Part shown: one piece after another, positions 8,785-18,324 of the stretch
Layout: the number at the start of each line of letters is the position of its first letter
How positions within the stretch are numbered: position 1 is the first letter of the stretch
Origin: a virus
Direction: 5' to 3' (one strand)
Virus record (IMG/VR): IMGVR_UViG_3300042691_019444
Coordinates: 1 to 64,000 of that record
DNA: 64,000 nucleotides
Program-made: the position numbers and the translations under genes
Notes under the pieces: generated by a model
Databases searched by the model: none
Told to the model about the DNA's origin: nothing
What the model saw: only the letters and a program-made list of their open reading frames with translations

Positions 8785-10038
8785 ATGGCCGGACTATCAT
8801 TGGAAGACTTTCTCGGGCACGCAACGAGAGCACAGGGAGGGAAGAACAAATACCTATCAAAGTGGAAGAAGAACAACCCTCCAACGGTGCTGGTGTGGTT
8901 GCATACTAAGGCGATCATCATGCCTCTTTGGAGACATGGAGTGCCTCGGTTGATGGAAGTCAAAGATGAGGATGGGGATAAGCGGATCGAAGTATGGGGT
9001 GGGGATTGGAGTTGCTGGGAGCCTGAAGAGGTATTGAAGCAACAATACTTCCGAGACCGGGAAACGGGCGAGCGTGAAGTACCTCCTACAATCTGCCCTG
9101 CGTGCAGGTTGGTTGAGCATGTAAGGGAGCGGGTTGAGAGTGGGAATCTGAATTGGACCACACCAATCTTCAAGTTCGTCGGCGACGATGCATCGAAGAA
9201 GGTCATCATTCATGCGGCCGGTATGTATAACGGCTTCAACGGAGACCTGAGTGATGAGGAGAAGGACGAGCTAAAGAAGCACCGAATCTTCAGAAACGAT
9301 GTGTGGCGTGAGAACATGATGGCGAAGCTCTCATACGGCTTCGTGGTTGTGGACAACTCCAACCTAACGGCGGGACCTCAGATTGCAATCGAGACCTCAT
9401 CGTTGGGAGACTGCGTCAAGAAGGTAATTGCGGACGCCATGATGGAGGCAGAGGACGAGGGCAACCCGTATACGAATCCGTACGCTATTCGGTGGGCATA
9501 CGATGCAAATGCGAAGGACTTGAATAAGAAGTATGCGGCCAACAAAATGAGCAAGGTTCCGTTCACAGAACAGGTAAGGAAGCTCATTGTAGACACCGCT
9601 CCCCCAGACCTGTCGCGACTGGATTACAAGCTCGACCCAACCGCCCTAAAGGAGCAGTTGCAGGAAGTGTGTTTGGTCAAGGACATTCCGTGGTCCGAGA
9701 TTTTTGGTGATGCTGAGAAGGCATGGCCTAAAATCAAGGAACGCCAAGAGGCTAAGAAGGAGAAGGTTACTGACAAGTCGACGGAGTTCAACACCGACGA
9801 ATTTGAGGATACCCCCAAAGGACCGCCGTCTCGGAAGGAGACGAAGAGTAAGAGTGATAAGAAACCAACGGTGGCGGCACTGAAGCCCAAGACGGTTGCT
9901 ACCAAGAACGTTGAGTGTTGTCCGAGTTGTGGAGAGCCAATTACAGCGTCGGATAAGAATGAGGGCATTTGCCCGCATTGTGGGGAGTTGTTCAACGTCG
10001 TCGATAAGGTGTTGGGTAAGGACGAATTACCGTACTGA
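8785..10038 (+). CDS. Putative ssDNA-binding protein (T4 gp32-like)
   Basis: H..C..CPAC Zn ligands, YGFVVVD, low-complexity linker, DELPY C-terminal tip; between polB and recA. Confidence 0.55.
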   Translation: MAGLSLEDFLGHATRAQGGKNKYLSKWKKNNPPTVLVWLHTKAIIMPLWRHGVPRLMEVKDEDGDKRIEVWGGDWSCWEPEEVLKQQYFRDRETGEREVPPTICPACRLVEHVRERVESGNLNWTTPIFKFVGDDASKKVIIHAAGMYNGFNGDLSDEEKDELKKHRIFRNDVWRENMMAKLSYGFVVVDNSNLTAGPQIAIETSSLGDCVKKVIADAMMEAEDEGNPYTNPYAIRWAYDANAKDLNKKYAANKMSKVPFTEQVRKLIVDTAPPDLSRLDYKLDPTALKEQLQEVCLVKDIPWSEIFGDAEKAWPKIKERQEAKKEKVTDKSTEFNTDEFEDTPKGPPSRKETKSKSDKKPTVAALKPKTVATKNVECCPSCGEPITASDKNEGICPHCGELFNVVDKVLGKDELPY

Positions 10039-10107
10039 TTGGCGCGTTGGTGAGTTGTAAATGCCCATCTCACGGCATAGTGAGGTGGGCATTGTTTTGT
10101 GGAGGTT

Positions 10108-11301
10108 ATGATGGGACGGAAACGTATTGTCGATGAAACTCCAATGGTGTTGGGTTACGAAGAGGAGGAATTTGGGGTTGAGTCGGTGGAGAGTCTGATA
10201 CCACCCCGTAATGAAGTGTTGGATGCGTTGAGGGGTGTGGCGGCAGACATAAATCGATGGGGGGCTGCTAAAGAGGTACTTACTAACGTGAGGGCCGTGA
10301 AGACGTGTTTCCCTCAATTCAATAAGGCCACCAAAGTAAACGGATTCCCAATCGAACGGTTCACATTGGTGCATGGGCCATCAGCGCACGGGAAGACGAC
10401 ATTCGCAATTGGGGTGGGAATGTCATTCCTGATGGGTAACCACTTCTATGCACATTGCGACGCTGAGAACACCACACCCGCAGACTACGTTGATAAGTTG
10501 ATGGGCTCGTATGCGGATCATCCAGCATTCCTTGCTATGCGCCCGCGTACGTACGAGCAAGCCATTGATGGTGTGAGGCAGTTCTGCGAAGTAATCCATA
10601 AGGCACGGGAAGAGGGCAAAATCCCTGCCGATACGTCTGGCGTCGTAGTGATGGATTCGATTCAGAAGCTCATGCCCCAACACTTACTGGATAAGATTCG
10701 GAAAGAAGGGGCTGATGGGTTGGGGGGTAGGGCGGGGCAGCTCAAAGCTGCAATGAATCAGGCGTGGCTGAACGACCTGATACCGATGCTGAACCAAACG
10801 GGGACCGCTGTACTTGCAATTGGTAGGGAAGCGCAAGACCCGAATGCAACTGAGATTGACCGCAAGTTCGGTAATGACTGGAAGCTAACGGGCGGCGTCG
10901 GATTGGTATACGACGCCTCCTTACTGGTGAGAGTCACGCGGTCATCTTGGGTATACGACAAACCCGGTGAGAACGGGGTAGTCATTGGGGAGAAGCACAA
11001 GTTGCGAGTCTGGAAGAGTAAGGTGGAGGCAAAAGACGCAAAGCATACCGAGTGCTTCTTTTATACGTCCAACGGTAAGGGTGGATATGCGGAAGGCTTT
11101 GATTTTCAACGCGACTACCTGGAGTTGGGAGTCGATTGCGGCGTAGTAACCAAGGCCGGAAGCTGGTTTTCGTTGGAGGATGATCGGTTAGGGCAAGGTG
11201 AACACAATGCCGTCTTGGCCTTACATCGGAATCCTAAGTTGTTTGAGAGGTTGAAGATGTTAGTTGATTCAACGTTGGAGAGTGAGGTAGGGGCATCATG
11301 A
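10108..11301 (+). CDS. recA: RecA/UvsX-like recombinase
   Basis: Walker A GPSAHGKT, DAENT, VVMDSI, GGVGLVYDASL, KSKV, KAGSWFS..RLGQG. Confidence 0.9.
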   Translation: MMGRKRIVDETPMVLGYEEEEFGVESVESLIPPRNEVLDALRGVAADINRWGAAKEVLTNVRAVKTCFPQFNKATKVNGFPIERFTLVHGPSAHGKTTFAIGVGMSFLMGNHFYAHCDAENTTPADYVDKLMGSYADHPAFLAMRPRTYEQAIDGVRQFCEVIHKAREEGKIPADTSGVVVMDSIQKLMPQHLLDKIRKEGADGLGGRAGQLKAAMNQAWLNDLIPMLNQTGTAVLAIGREAQDPNATEIDRKFGNDWKLTGGVGLVYDASLLVRVTRSSWVYDKPGENGVVIGEKHKLRVWKSKVEAKDAKHTECFFYTSNGKGGYAEGFDFQRDYLELGVDCGVVTKAGSWFSLEDDRLGQGEHNAVLALHRNPKLFERLKMLVDSTLESEVGAS

Positions 11302-12050
11302 ACATGAATATGAAGATGCTTGTCACCAGTGATTGGCATGCCGATGCAGTGACGAATGGGATTGAGCGGTACAATGAGATAGAGAGCATTGCGTTGGAGA
11401 TGGTGAAGACTGCAATCGAAGAACGTGTGAGTGTCTTCGTGTTTGCGGGGGACCTGTGCAATCCCGGATTAGGCGGTCGCACCATCATGGCAATCTCACT
11501 CGCAAGTAAGGTTGCCAATATGCTGGATGATGTAGGTATTAGGTCGATATGGTTGGCGGGTAATCATGATGTGGTTGATGTCGATTACCCTCTATCGTCA
11601 CTGATGCCCCTATGCACGCAAGGCAATTCCAATATCAATGTGGCGCAAGTGCCGATGGTCGTGGAGTTGGCACACGTCCCATTCAGGTTCTTATGTTTGC
11701 CGTATGTGTCAAAGTACCTAGGTGCGCGCATGTACGAGCATCATAATTATGTCGAGGCTCTGACTGCTGGGTTTAGTGCTCATGATTGGAAGTACACAAT
11801 AGTCGTCAGCCACATGACGGCATTGGACGTCACGGGGTTAGAGGTTGGGACGGAGAGCAATGAGTTTCGGTACGGAAAATCGTACAAGTTGAATCTGCCC
11901 TCTTACCTTGACAGGGGCGTAAGGTTGGTGATTCAAGGGCATTTCCATAAGCATCAACGGCATGGGGGGTTGTTTGTACCGGGGTCGTTAGTGCGGCTCG
12001 GGTTTGGGGAAGAGAAGCATCACCCCCACTACCACATTCTATCCATTTGA
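11298..12050 (+). CDS. Mre11/SbcD-like metallophosphoesterase nuclease
   Basis: SDWH, GDL, GNHD, SH, GHFH, PGSL motifs; near the Rad50-like gene. Confidence 0.85.
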   Translation: MNMNMKMLVTSDWHADAVTNGIERYNEIESIALEMVKTAIEERVSVFVFAGDLCNPGLGGRTIMAISLASKVANMLDDVGIRSIWLAGNHDVVDVDYPLSSLMPLCTQGNSNINVAQVPMVVELAHVPFRFLCLPYVSKYLGARMYEHHNYVEALTAGFSAHDWKYTIVVSHMTALDVTGLEVGTESNEFRYGKSYKLNLPSYLDRGVRLVIQGHFHKHQRHGGLFVPGSLVRLGFGEEKHHPHYHILSI

Positions 12051-12069
12051 CCGCAACACGTGTTGCGGT
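12050..12069. repeat. Dispersed palindrome
   Basis: Exact 20-mer overlapping the stop codon, followed by an SD. Confidence 0.95.
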
Positions 12070-12079
12070 GGAGGGCCCG

Positions 12080-12511
12080 ATGAGAAGACTAGTGTATGAG
12101 AAGCCTGCCGAGGGTTTCAGCGTCAAGAGCATACCCACTCAGACGTTAGGGTTCATCACGGTACGTGTCCCTTTCAAGCGTTTACCGGATGTGAAAGGTG
12201 TTCTGGTAAGACTGGAACCTAAAGAGGGGTGTTTGCCCGCCCAAATGGAAGAAGCTCTGACGATTGTTCGTAGTTGTGGACCTAAGTCGATTCAGGCAAT
12301 GGCCGTCAGAGTATTGGTTGCCACACCCGAGATGGAGGACACCGTTGATGAGTTGGTAGGTAATGCGGAGTTGCCAGATGAGACTTCGGTGAGGGCCGTA
12401 GTTGTGGAGATGGCTAAGGAGTCGGCCATTGCTGAGGAGCTGAAGGATTCCCTCGTCAATTACGTTTGCGAAGTATACGACCGAACGGAGGATTCCGATG
12501 TATATCGCTGA
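12080..12511 (+). CDS. Hypothetical protein, possibly a detached SbcD C-terminal region
   Basis: SD GGAGG; lies between the nuclease and the ATPase; acidic helical C-terminus. Confidence 0.5.
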   Translation: MRRLVYEKPAEGFSVKSIPTQTLGFITVRVPFKRLPDVKGVLVRLEPKEGCLPAQMEEALTIVRSCGPKSIQAMAVRVLVATPEMEDTVDELVGNAELPDETSVRAVVVEMAKESAIAEELKDSLVNYVCEVYDRTEDSDVYR

Positions 12512-14465
12512 GTTGGCATTGGAGAATTGGCTCCCATACGGCGGCACAACCGTGTTGAAGTTGGAACCTACCATCTATGCGATTGTTGCCGAAACCGAGG
12601 AGTATAAGGAGCGGAGTAATTGGGTGGGTAAGACTGCATTGTTTGAGGCTCCTGCGTTCGTGTTCTTTGGGGACCACCGTAAACGTACTGAAGATGAGTG
12701 GATTACCAATGGTGCCAAGAAGGGGTCAGTGTCGGTACTGCTGTCGAGTGGTGACAGACTGACGCGTAGCAGGGTTGTGGGTGAAGCAACCAAGTTCACG
12801 GTAGTTACAAGTGCAGGCAATCTCAAAGCAGGCAATGAAGCCGAGGAGTATGTTGCTAGGTTGTTGAAGATGAGTAAGGACGATTATTATTCAATGAGCC
12901 ATTACAGACAGGGGAAGTTGAGTGAGATCGTCACAATGGAGCCTGCCGCCAGGACGGAGTTGTTTTCTAAGTGGCTGAAGCTCAGTAGGTTGGTTGATGC
13001 GGAAGACTTGATTGCGAATGCGATTGTGGAGTTGAATGACGAACGCAGTAGGGCATTCGGTGTGATACGTGCAGGTTATGAGGCAATGAAACAAGCGCTG
13101 GATGACGTTGAACCAACGTCGGGGGAGCCAGTGGCATTGACTGAACCGGCAGCAATGGTTGAGTTTTGCAAAGTAGGACTCTCTAAGTTGGAGTATGCGG
13201 CGACGCAATTGCAGAAGCGGGTGAATGCGAAGAACGTACAGGTTCAGCAGTTGTTCACGCAAGCGAAGTCTGCGCGCGAATACGCCGTGAACCAAGCGAA
13301 TGCTGAGCATCGTAAGGCATATGCTGTTGAGATTGAAAAGCTGAGCAGTACGTTGCCGCCTAAACGCCCCGAGATCGATGCCAAAGTACAGGACCAATAT
13401 GAACAACGCTCTAATCAGATAGCGGTGCTCAATAGGGACCTAGCGTTGGCGCGGAGAGCCTGCAAGGGTGAGTTTGATGGTAAGTGTCCGGTGAATGGGT
13501 CTACGTGTCCCGTGCGGGACAAAATCAATGCAGCAAACGGTGAGGCCGTAACCCGCAGGGACCAACTCACGTCTAAGTGCGATGAGGCCATGCGTGTACG
13601 AGACAAGCTGGAAACAACCATCAATGAGATAAAGGTTCAGATTCGGTCTTACGATGAAGTGGTGACCCGCATAAGTACGCTGAAGAGTAAGGCTGAAGAG
13701 ATTCGGGTATCCAACATGAAGGCAGTCAATCCAGATGTGTTGTCGGCCTACAACGATGCCCGCAATGAATTGGAGAGCCTCAATATGGCACTCAAGGATG
13801 CGACGACCCATACCGAACAAGCTATGGCAATGGCATCCAAAATGACCGAAGCGATGGACGTTATTGCGAATTCCGATAAGGCTCTGAAGATCACACAAGC
13901 GGCCAGATACATCTTCAGCAAGCAAGGTGCTCAGCGTCGTATTGCGGAGCGGGTGATGCGGCGTATTGAGATGAGGGGTAATGAGACGTTGAGGGAGAAT
14001 GGGATTGAGCTTGCGTTCCATTTGGCGTGGTCTCGACTGGGGAAGGGGTTGGCTACGTATTGTCGGAGTTGTGGGGCGAGCTTCCCTAAGTCGGAACGTG
14101 TGAAGATGTGTAGTTGTGGCACTGCACGCGGACCGTTGGTTATCGATAAGAGTGAGGTGATTCTGAGCGATCAAAGCGGAGCCGCTAATGACATCGTTGG
14201 TGGAGTCATTCGGTTGGAGACTTCGGCCTGGTACAGAGAAACCAGGGGGTCGATGTGGAATGTGACGTTCATTGATGAACCGTATGGGGCGGTCGACCAA
14301 TACAATCGGCATGCATTTTCAAAGTTACTGCGAAGTATGCTGTCCAACAGATTGGGGATCGAACAGGCATTCGTTACGGCACACAACCCTGAGATGTTGA
14401 CTGAATTACCGGGGACCATTCGGTTGATTCGGAGAGGGAAGCTAACGCGAGCAGAGGTGGTGTGA
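12498..14465 (+). CDS. Rad50/SbcC-like ABC ATPase
   Basis: LENWLPY, SNWVGKT Walker A, RQG Q-loop, coiled coil with CPVNGSTCP hook, QSG signature, FIDEP Walker B, VTAH. Confidence 0.85.
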   Translation: MYIAELALENWLPYGGTTVLKLEPTIYAIVAETEEYKERSNWVGKTALFEAPAFVFFGDHRKRTEDEWITNGAKKGSVSVLLSSGDRLTRSRVVGEATKFTVVTSAGNLKAGNEAEEYVARLLKMSKDDYYSMSHYRQGKLSEIVTMEPAARTELFSKWLKLSRLVDAEDLIANAIVELNDERSRAFGVIRAGYEAMKQALDDVEPTSGEPVALTEPAAMVEFCKVGLSKLEYAATQLQKRVNAKNVQVQQLFTQAKSAREYAVNQANAEHRKAYAVEIEKLSSTLPPKRPEIDAKVQDQYEQRSNQIAVLNRDLALARRACKGEFDGKCPVNGSTCPVRDKINAANGEAVTRRDQLTSKCDEAMRVRDKLETTINEIKVQIRSYDEVVTRISTLKSKAEEIRVSNMKAVNPDVLSAYNDARNELESLNMALKDATTHTEQAMAMASKMTEAMDVIANSDKALKITQAARYIFSKQGAQRRIAERVMRRIEMRGNETLRENGIELAFHLAWSRLGKGLATYCRSCGASFPKSERVKMCSCGTARGPLVIDKSEVILSDQSGAANDIVGGVIRLETSAWYRETRGSMWNVTFIDEPYGAVDQYNRHAFSKLLRSMLSNRLGIEQAFVTAHNPEMLTELPGTIRLIRRGKLTRAEVV

Positions 14466-15004
14466 TGGCTAAGGGGCATTTGAAGGGGCCTAGAGGGGAA
14501 TTGGAAGTTGCTAAGATTGTGCAAGAATGGTGGAGAAATTACGAGCCTGAAGCCATATTCGTAAGAACACCCGGATCGGGCGGATGGCATGGTCGAAATC
14601 AACGCGGGGCTGCCATTAGGGCCGGACATAATGTGAGTGGGGACGTAACGACGTCTTCTACGTCTTTCCCGTTTTGCGTCGAAGTGAAGAGGGTAGAGGA
14701 CTTCGACATGGACAATTTGGTAGAGTGTAGTTGTGTACGGCCGAGCCCCGTTTGGAAATGGTGGTTACAGGTACAACGGGAAGCCGGTGAGGTTCAGAAG
14801 GAACCTATGTTGTGGTTTAGGCAGAACCGAAAGCCGTGGATGGTTATTGTGGCGCTTTCATATGCGCGCGAGAACATCACCGTATCCCCCGTTGTAACGT
14901 GGACGACCAGACAACTACTCAACATCAATTGCGGGGCATCCCCTGTGATGTATGCGGCTAAGGACTTGTTGCGGATGGACCCTCAGTTACTTGCAAGGGA
15001 TTAG
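14462..15004 (+). CDS. Holliday junction resolvase (Hjc-like PD-(D/E)XK)
   Basis: KGPRGELEVAK, RTPGSGG, GDV, VEVKR, PMLWFRQNR. Confidence 0.8.
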   Translation: MMAKGHLKGPRGELEVAKIVQEWWRNYEPEAIFVRTPGSGGWHGRNQRGAAIRAGHNVSGDVTTSSTSFPFCVEVKRVEDFDMDNLVECSCVRPSPVWKWWLQVQREAGEVQKEPMLWFRQNRKPWMVIVALSYARENITVSPVVTWTTRQLLNINCGASPVMYAAKDLLRMDPQLLARD

Positions 15005-15006
15005 CA

Positions 15007-15468
15007 ATGTTTACCGAATCATTGATGAGGGCGTTGGGGAGGATTGTGGATAGGTATCGGAATGAGTATGTGGCAACGTTACCGACCAATACAATACCGC
15101 TCCCCCCACCGGGCATACGGGCGCAAGTTGTAGACTTCGCAGCATTGTTTCCAAATGCGACCGTGGGTGATTGGGTGAACTTTACTGTAGCGCTAACTAG
15201 AAGGGAGTGGACTGAAGGTTACAGAAGCGCTTTGGAAGCGCGGGTGTTTGGTGAGATTGAGTTACCGGAACCCATAGCGGAACCCCCAGAATGGGCTGTA
15301 GTTGATTACAACGTTGTTCCGCTAAAGGACGACGTTGAACATGAGCCTGTTGTGCTGACAACCGAGGACGGCAGGCCGTACCTAAGGAGTAACTATGTCG
15401 ACCGAGAATGGAATGGCGTTGAGTCCGGGAATGACAGTGCTACACAAGCCAAGCGGAGTGATCGGTAA
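15007..15468 (+). CDS. Hypothetical protein
   Basis: ORF in operon. Confidence 0.6.
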   Translation: MFTESLMRALGRIVDRYRNEYVATLPTNTIPLPPPGIRAQVVDFAALFPNATVGDWVNFTVALTRREWTEGYRSALEARVFGEIELPEPIAEPPEWAVVDYNVVPLKDDVEHEPVVLTTEDGRPYLRSNYVDREWNGVESGNDSATQAKRSDR

Positions 15469-15778
15469 GATTGCAAAGCTGTACGGTGAAGGTGAGTACA
15501 AGGACCGGAATGGGAATTACTTATCATCAGCCGTAATCGAACTTGAAGATGGCAATGCGTTCCTACATAACCTCGAAAACGTCATGGTTATGAGTGTCAA
15601 TCTTACGCAGGTATATGAGTTGATGCGAGGAGCGTTGGGTGTGGTTATGAAGGAGTCGTTTACGATTGCCCGGTCTTATGGGGTGGAGTTTGAGGATGTT
15701 GTGAATGTAGGAATATGCGTGTTGCAACAACAGACCAACCTACTCAGGGCTACGGCTCCGAATTCCACTCCCCTCTGA
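15395..15778 (+). CDS. Hypothetical protein
   Basis: SD AAGGAG. Confidence 0.6.
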   Translation: MSTENGMALSPGMTVLHKPSGVIGKIAKLYGEGEYKDRNGNYLSSAVIELEDGNAFLHNLENVMVMSVNLTQVYELMRGALGVVMKESFTIARSYGVEFEDVVNVGICVLQQQTNLLRATAPNSTPL

Positions 15779-15837
15779 TTAGGTTGTATTCCACAACCAT
15801 AGGCAATAATAGCCTCCGGGCGGCATTACTTACCAGT

Positions 15838-15857
15838 ACCGCAACACGTGTTGCGGT
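15838..15857. repeat. Dispersed palindrome
   Basis: Exact 20-mer followed by GGAGG and ATG 15869. Confidence 0.95.
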
Positions 15858-15868
15858 GGGAGGTTGGT

Positions 15869-16207
15869 ATGATTGTACGGCTCACCAGTAACCTCATTGT
15901 GTCTGCTACGGATGGGCTTTCGTTTGAATTGAAGGTCCGAAAGACGAAGGTTTCGCAATCGGGCGAAAAGCAGGAGTATTGGAAGGGAGTAGGTTACTAT
16001 TCCGACCTACGACAAGCGGCGGTCGCTGCGCTGAATAAAGGACTTGCCCGTGGTGACAAGTCTGTAGGGATCAAAGAACTGATTGGTGCAATCGACAAGG
16101 CGTCAAAAGTGATTGGGGATTCGTGTTCAAGGGCCATAACGGCCTACGATGCCGCACAAGTGGAAGGAGTGTTTGGTGATGGAGGAATCGAAAGTATCTT
16201 TGACTGA
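15869..16207 (+). CDS. Hypothetical phage protein
   Basis: SD GGAGG; WKGVGYYSDLRQA. Confidence 0.65.
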   Translation: MIVRLTSNLIVSATDGLSFELKVRKTKVSQSGEKQEYWKGVGYYSDLRQAAVAALNKGLARGDKSVGIKELIGAIDKASKVIGDSCSRAITAYDAAQVEGVFGDGGIESIFD

Positions 16208-16493
16208 TGCGCTGAAGCTGATTGAGTCTGCGGTAAAGTTGGTTGAACCGTTCTATGCGTCGCGCTTCAGAATTTGCGAGAAAATCGAAGAGGACTACAA
16301 CCGTCAGATCCGAACTCTGAAGGGACAACAATGCATCTACACGGCAATCATTGGATTGTTGTTTAGGTATGAGGGGGAGGCAATGAAGCGGGTGATGAAT
16401 AGGATTGCTGAATCTACTGACGACTCATCCATACAGGCTATCGGAATACTGAAACTGATTGAGGCGGGGTCATGCAAGTTTCCAAGACAGTAA
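16179..16493 (+). CDS. Hypothetical protein
   Basis: SD AAGGAG. Confidence 0.55.
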   Translation: MEESKVSLTDALKLIESAVKLVEPFYASRFRICEKIEEDYNRQIRTLKGQQCIYTAIIGLLFRYEGEAMKRVMNRIAESTDDSSIQAIGILKLIEAGSCKFPRQ

Positions 16494-16705
16494 GGACCGT
16501 GAAGGTGCCAATTGCGTGGAAGCCTGATTGGGCACCTGCACATATCGACGCAACCTACACATTACCGGCAGACGAAGACCCCGAAGACCCCGTAAGGGTG
16601 CAATGTGTTTGCAATTCATGCGGGGCTCATTGGCAGACAGACTGCTATTCGCGTCGCCACCTAACTCATATTCAGCGGTTCTGCCAGACCCATCTTCACC
16701 GTTAG
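16472..16705 (+). CDS. Small Zn-finger-like protein
   Basis: CNSC..H..C..H; start uncertain. Confidence 0.5.
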   Translation: MQVSKTVRTVKVPIAWKPDWAPAHIDATYTLPADEDPEDPVRVQCVCNSCGAHWQTDCYSRRHLTHIQRFCQTHLHR

Positions 16706-16713
16706 GAGGCTAA

Positions 16714-17169
16714 ATGCCACAATATCGACTGAAGCTGATCGATTCGTTTGGGAGGGTAATTGCGAAGCGCAAGTACCTATTCCAATCCCTAGGTAGGTTG
16801 GCGGCCATGTCAATTCCTACGTCGGAACTACTTAGGTTGAGGGACGAATGCAAAGGTAACTTTGAGCTGGTGTTGAATCCGATCCGACAAGCTCTCATGG
16901 AGAACGGCTATAAGGATTTGGTGATTCTGCCGGCGCAGACACACATCGTTGAATTGGTGCCTATGGAGCAGGAAGTAACGGCCCATGAGCACGGCATTGA
17001 TGCGGATAGGGTTGCATTGGTTACGGCCTATCAGATGTTCAATTCGGCATTTGAGCAGGAGGTGAAACCTAGTCCCAAGCTACTGATGGCTTACCAAATG
17101 CTACGGCGTGAAATGTCAAAAATGGAGTTGGATACATGGGTACCATCTGTCAGTTCCCCACGCGGGTGA
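16714..17169 (+). CDS. Hypothetical protein
   Basis: SD AGGAGG. Confidence 0.65.
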   Translation: MPQYRLKLIDSFGRVIAKRKYLFQSLGRLAAMSIPTSELLRLRDECKGNFELVLNPIRQALMENGYKDLVILPAQTHIVELVPMEQEVTAHEHGIDADRVALVTAYQMFNSAFEQEVKPSPKLLMAYQMLRREMSKMELDTWVPSVSSPRG

Positions 17170-17495
17170 AACGGCCAGTTGAGAGGAAGTCGCGCGTACG
17201 TGCGGATAAGATCAACCATGCACTGGCAAACGGTACACCTAAGGCATTCCACTACGAAGGAGTGACCATCAAGGGGGTATGGTACGACATTACGGTTCAG
17301 AAGATGGATTCCGGTAGATGGTGTTGGGAGGCAAAGCGGGTGATGTGTGAGACGGATACGGAGAACGATCTCGGTATCCCGCTGTCGTTGGTTGCCATAC
17401 TGAAAGAGGAACCGACCGTTACGTACGACACTCCAATTGAGTCGTTGGAGGCGGCGTATAGGTTGCTAAGTAGTCCGCAACACGTGTTGCGGTAG
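17136..17495 (+). CDS. Hypothetical protein
   Basis: ORF in operon; ends in the palindrome. Confidence 0.55.
   Translation: MGTICQFPTRVKRPVERKSRVRADKINHALANGTPKAFHYEGVTIKGVWYDITVQKMDSGRWCWEAKRVMCETDTENDLGIPLSLVAILKEEPTVTYDTPIESLEAAYRLLSSPQHVLR
17475..17492. repeat. Dispersed palindrome (18-bp core)
   Basis: CCGCAACACGTGTTGCGG followed by TAGGAGG. Confidence 0.95.
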
Positions 17496-17503
17496 GAGGG
17501 GCT

Positions 17504-17809
17504 ATGGATACGGATACGACGTATGTGTGGGTAAGGATAGTGGCGGTTGTTGGGGCGTTGTTGAGTTTGGTGGTGTCGTTCGTATTCTGTGGTGGGCTTG
17601 CAACGGATGCTGAGGTGATCCGTAGTGTGGAGACGGCCGGTTACTCGAAGGTCGTTATACTGAATCGCAATCGTCTAGTTAGCTGGAAGTGTTCAAGGGG
17701 TGACGCGTCGGAGTTCACGGTTGAGGCTGAGAACTCGCAAGGCAAACGCGTGGAGCTGATCTTGTGTGTGGGTACGTATCCAAAGGGCAACACCTTGAGG
17801 GTGAAGTGA
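17504..17809 (+). CDS. Membrane-anchored hypothetical protein
   Basis: N-terminal hydrophobic helix; SD AGGAGG. Confidence 0.65.
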   Translation: MDTDTTYVWVRIVAVVGALLSLVVSFVFCGGLATDAEVIRSVETAGYSKVVILNRNRLVSWKCSRGDASEFTVEAENSQGKRVELILCVGTYPKGNTLRVK

Positions 17810-18252
17810 TGTTTAGGGATTGGCTACTGGTCAGGGTCATAAGCCTATCGGGTGAAGTACGGGACCTTCAGACGAGATTAGCAGTCCTTGCAACGGAGAA
17901 TCTGAATCTCCGGTTAGAGAACAATCGGTGGTGCGCGGAACGGACTGTTCTCAAGTCTCAGCGGCGTAAACATAAGACCGAGTTGGAGTTGATGGCTGCT
18001 GAGTTGGATTCAATCAAGTCCAAGTGGTTGGCATACGTGCAGGACCATAACCTGATGGATGCAAGTACGAAGCGCCAGATTGTACAGGAGTTGAATGTGG
18101 CGGCGAACATTCTGGCCGGCATCGAGGGCCCCGAGTCTCAAAGTGTGACTGAAACCCGCCCGAAGACTGAGTTGGAGTTGTTGCGAAGTAGGGCTAGGGG
18201 TATCAGAACTCATCTTCAAGCCTGTCTGCGAATGCTACAGATCAACTCATAG
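17809..18252 (+). CDS. Coiled-coil hypothetical protein
   Basis: TGATG overlap; heptad pattern. Confidence 0.6.
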   Translation: MFRDWLLVRVISLSGEVRDLQTRLAVLATENLNLRLENNRWCAERTVLKSQRRKHKTELELMAAELDSIKSKWLAYVQDHNLMDASTKRQIVQELNVAANILAGIEGPESQSVTETRPKTELELLRSRARGIRTHLQACLRMLQINS

Positions 18253-18324
18253 CTACCACGCACACCTATCCTCCCTTACAATCGGCTCACCCTGTGTCAT
18301 AATCCGACCACAAGGAGAAGCCGA

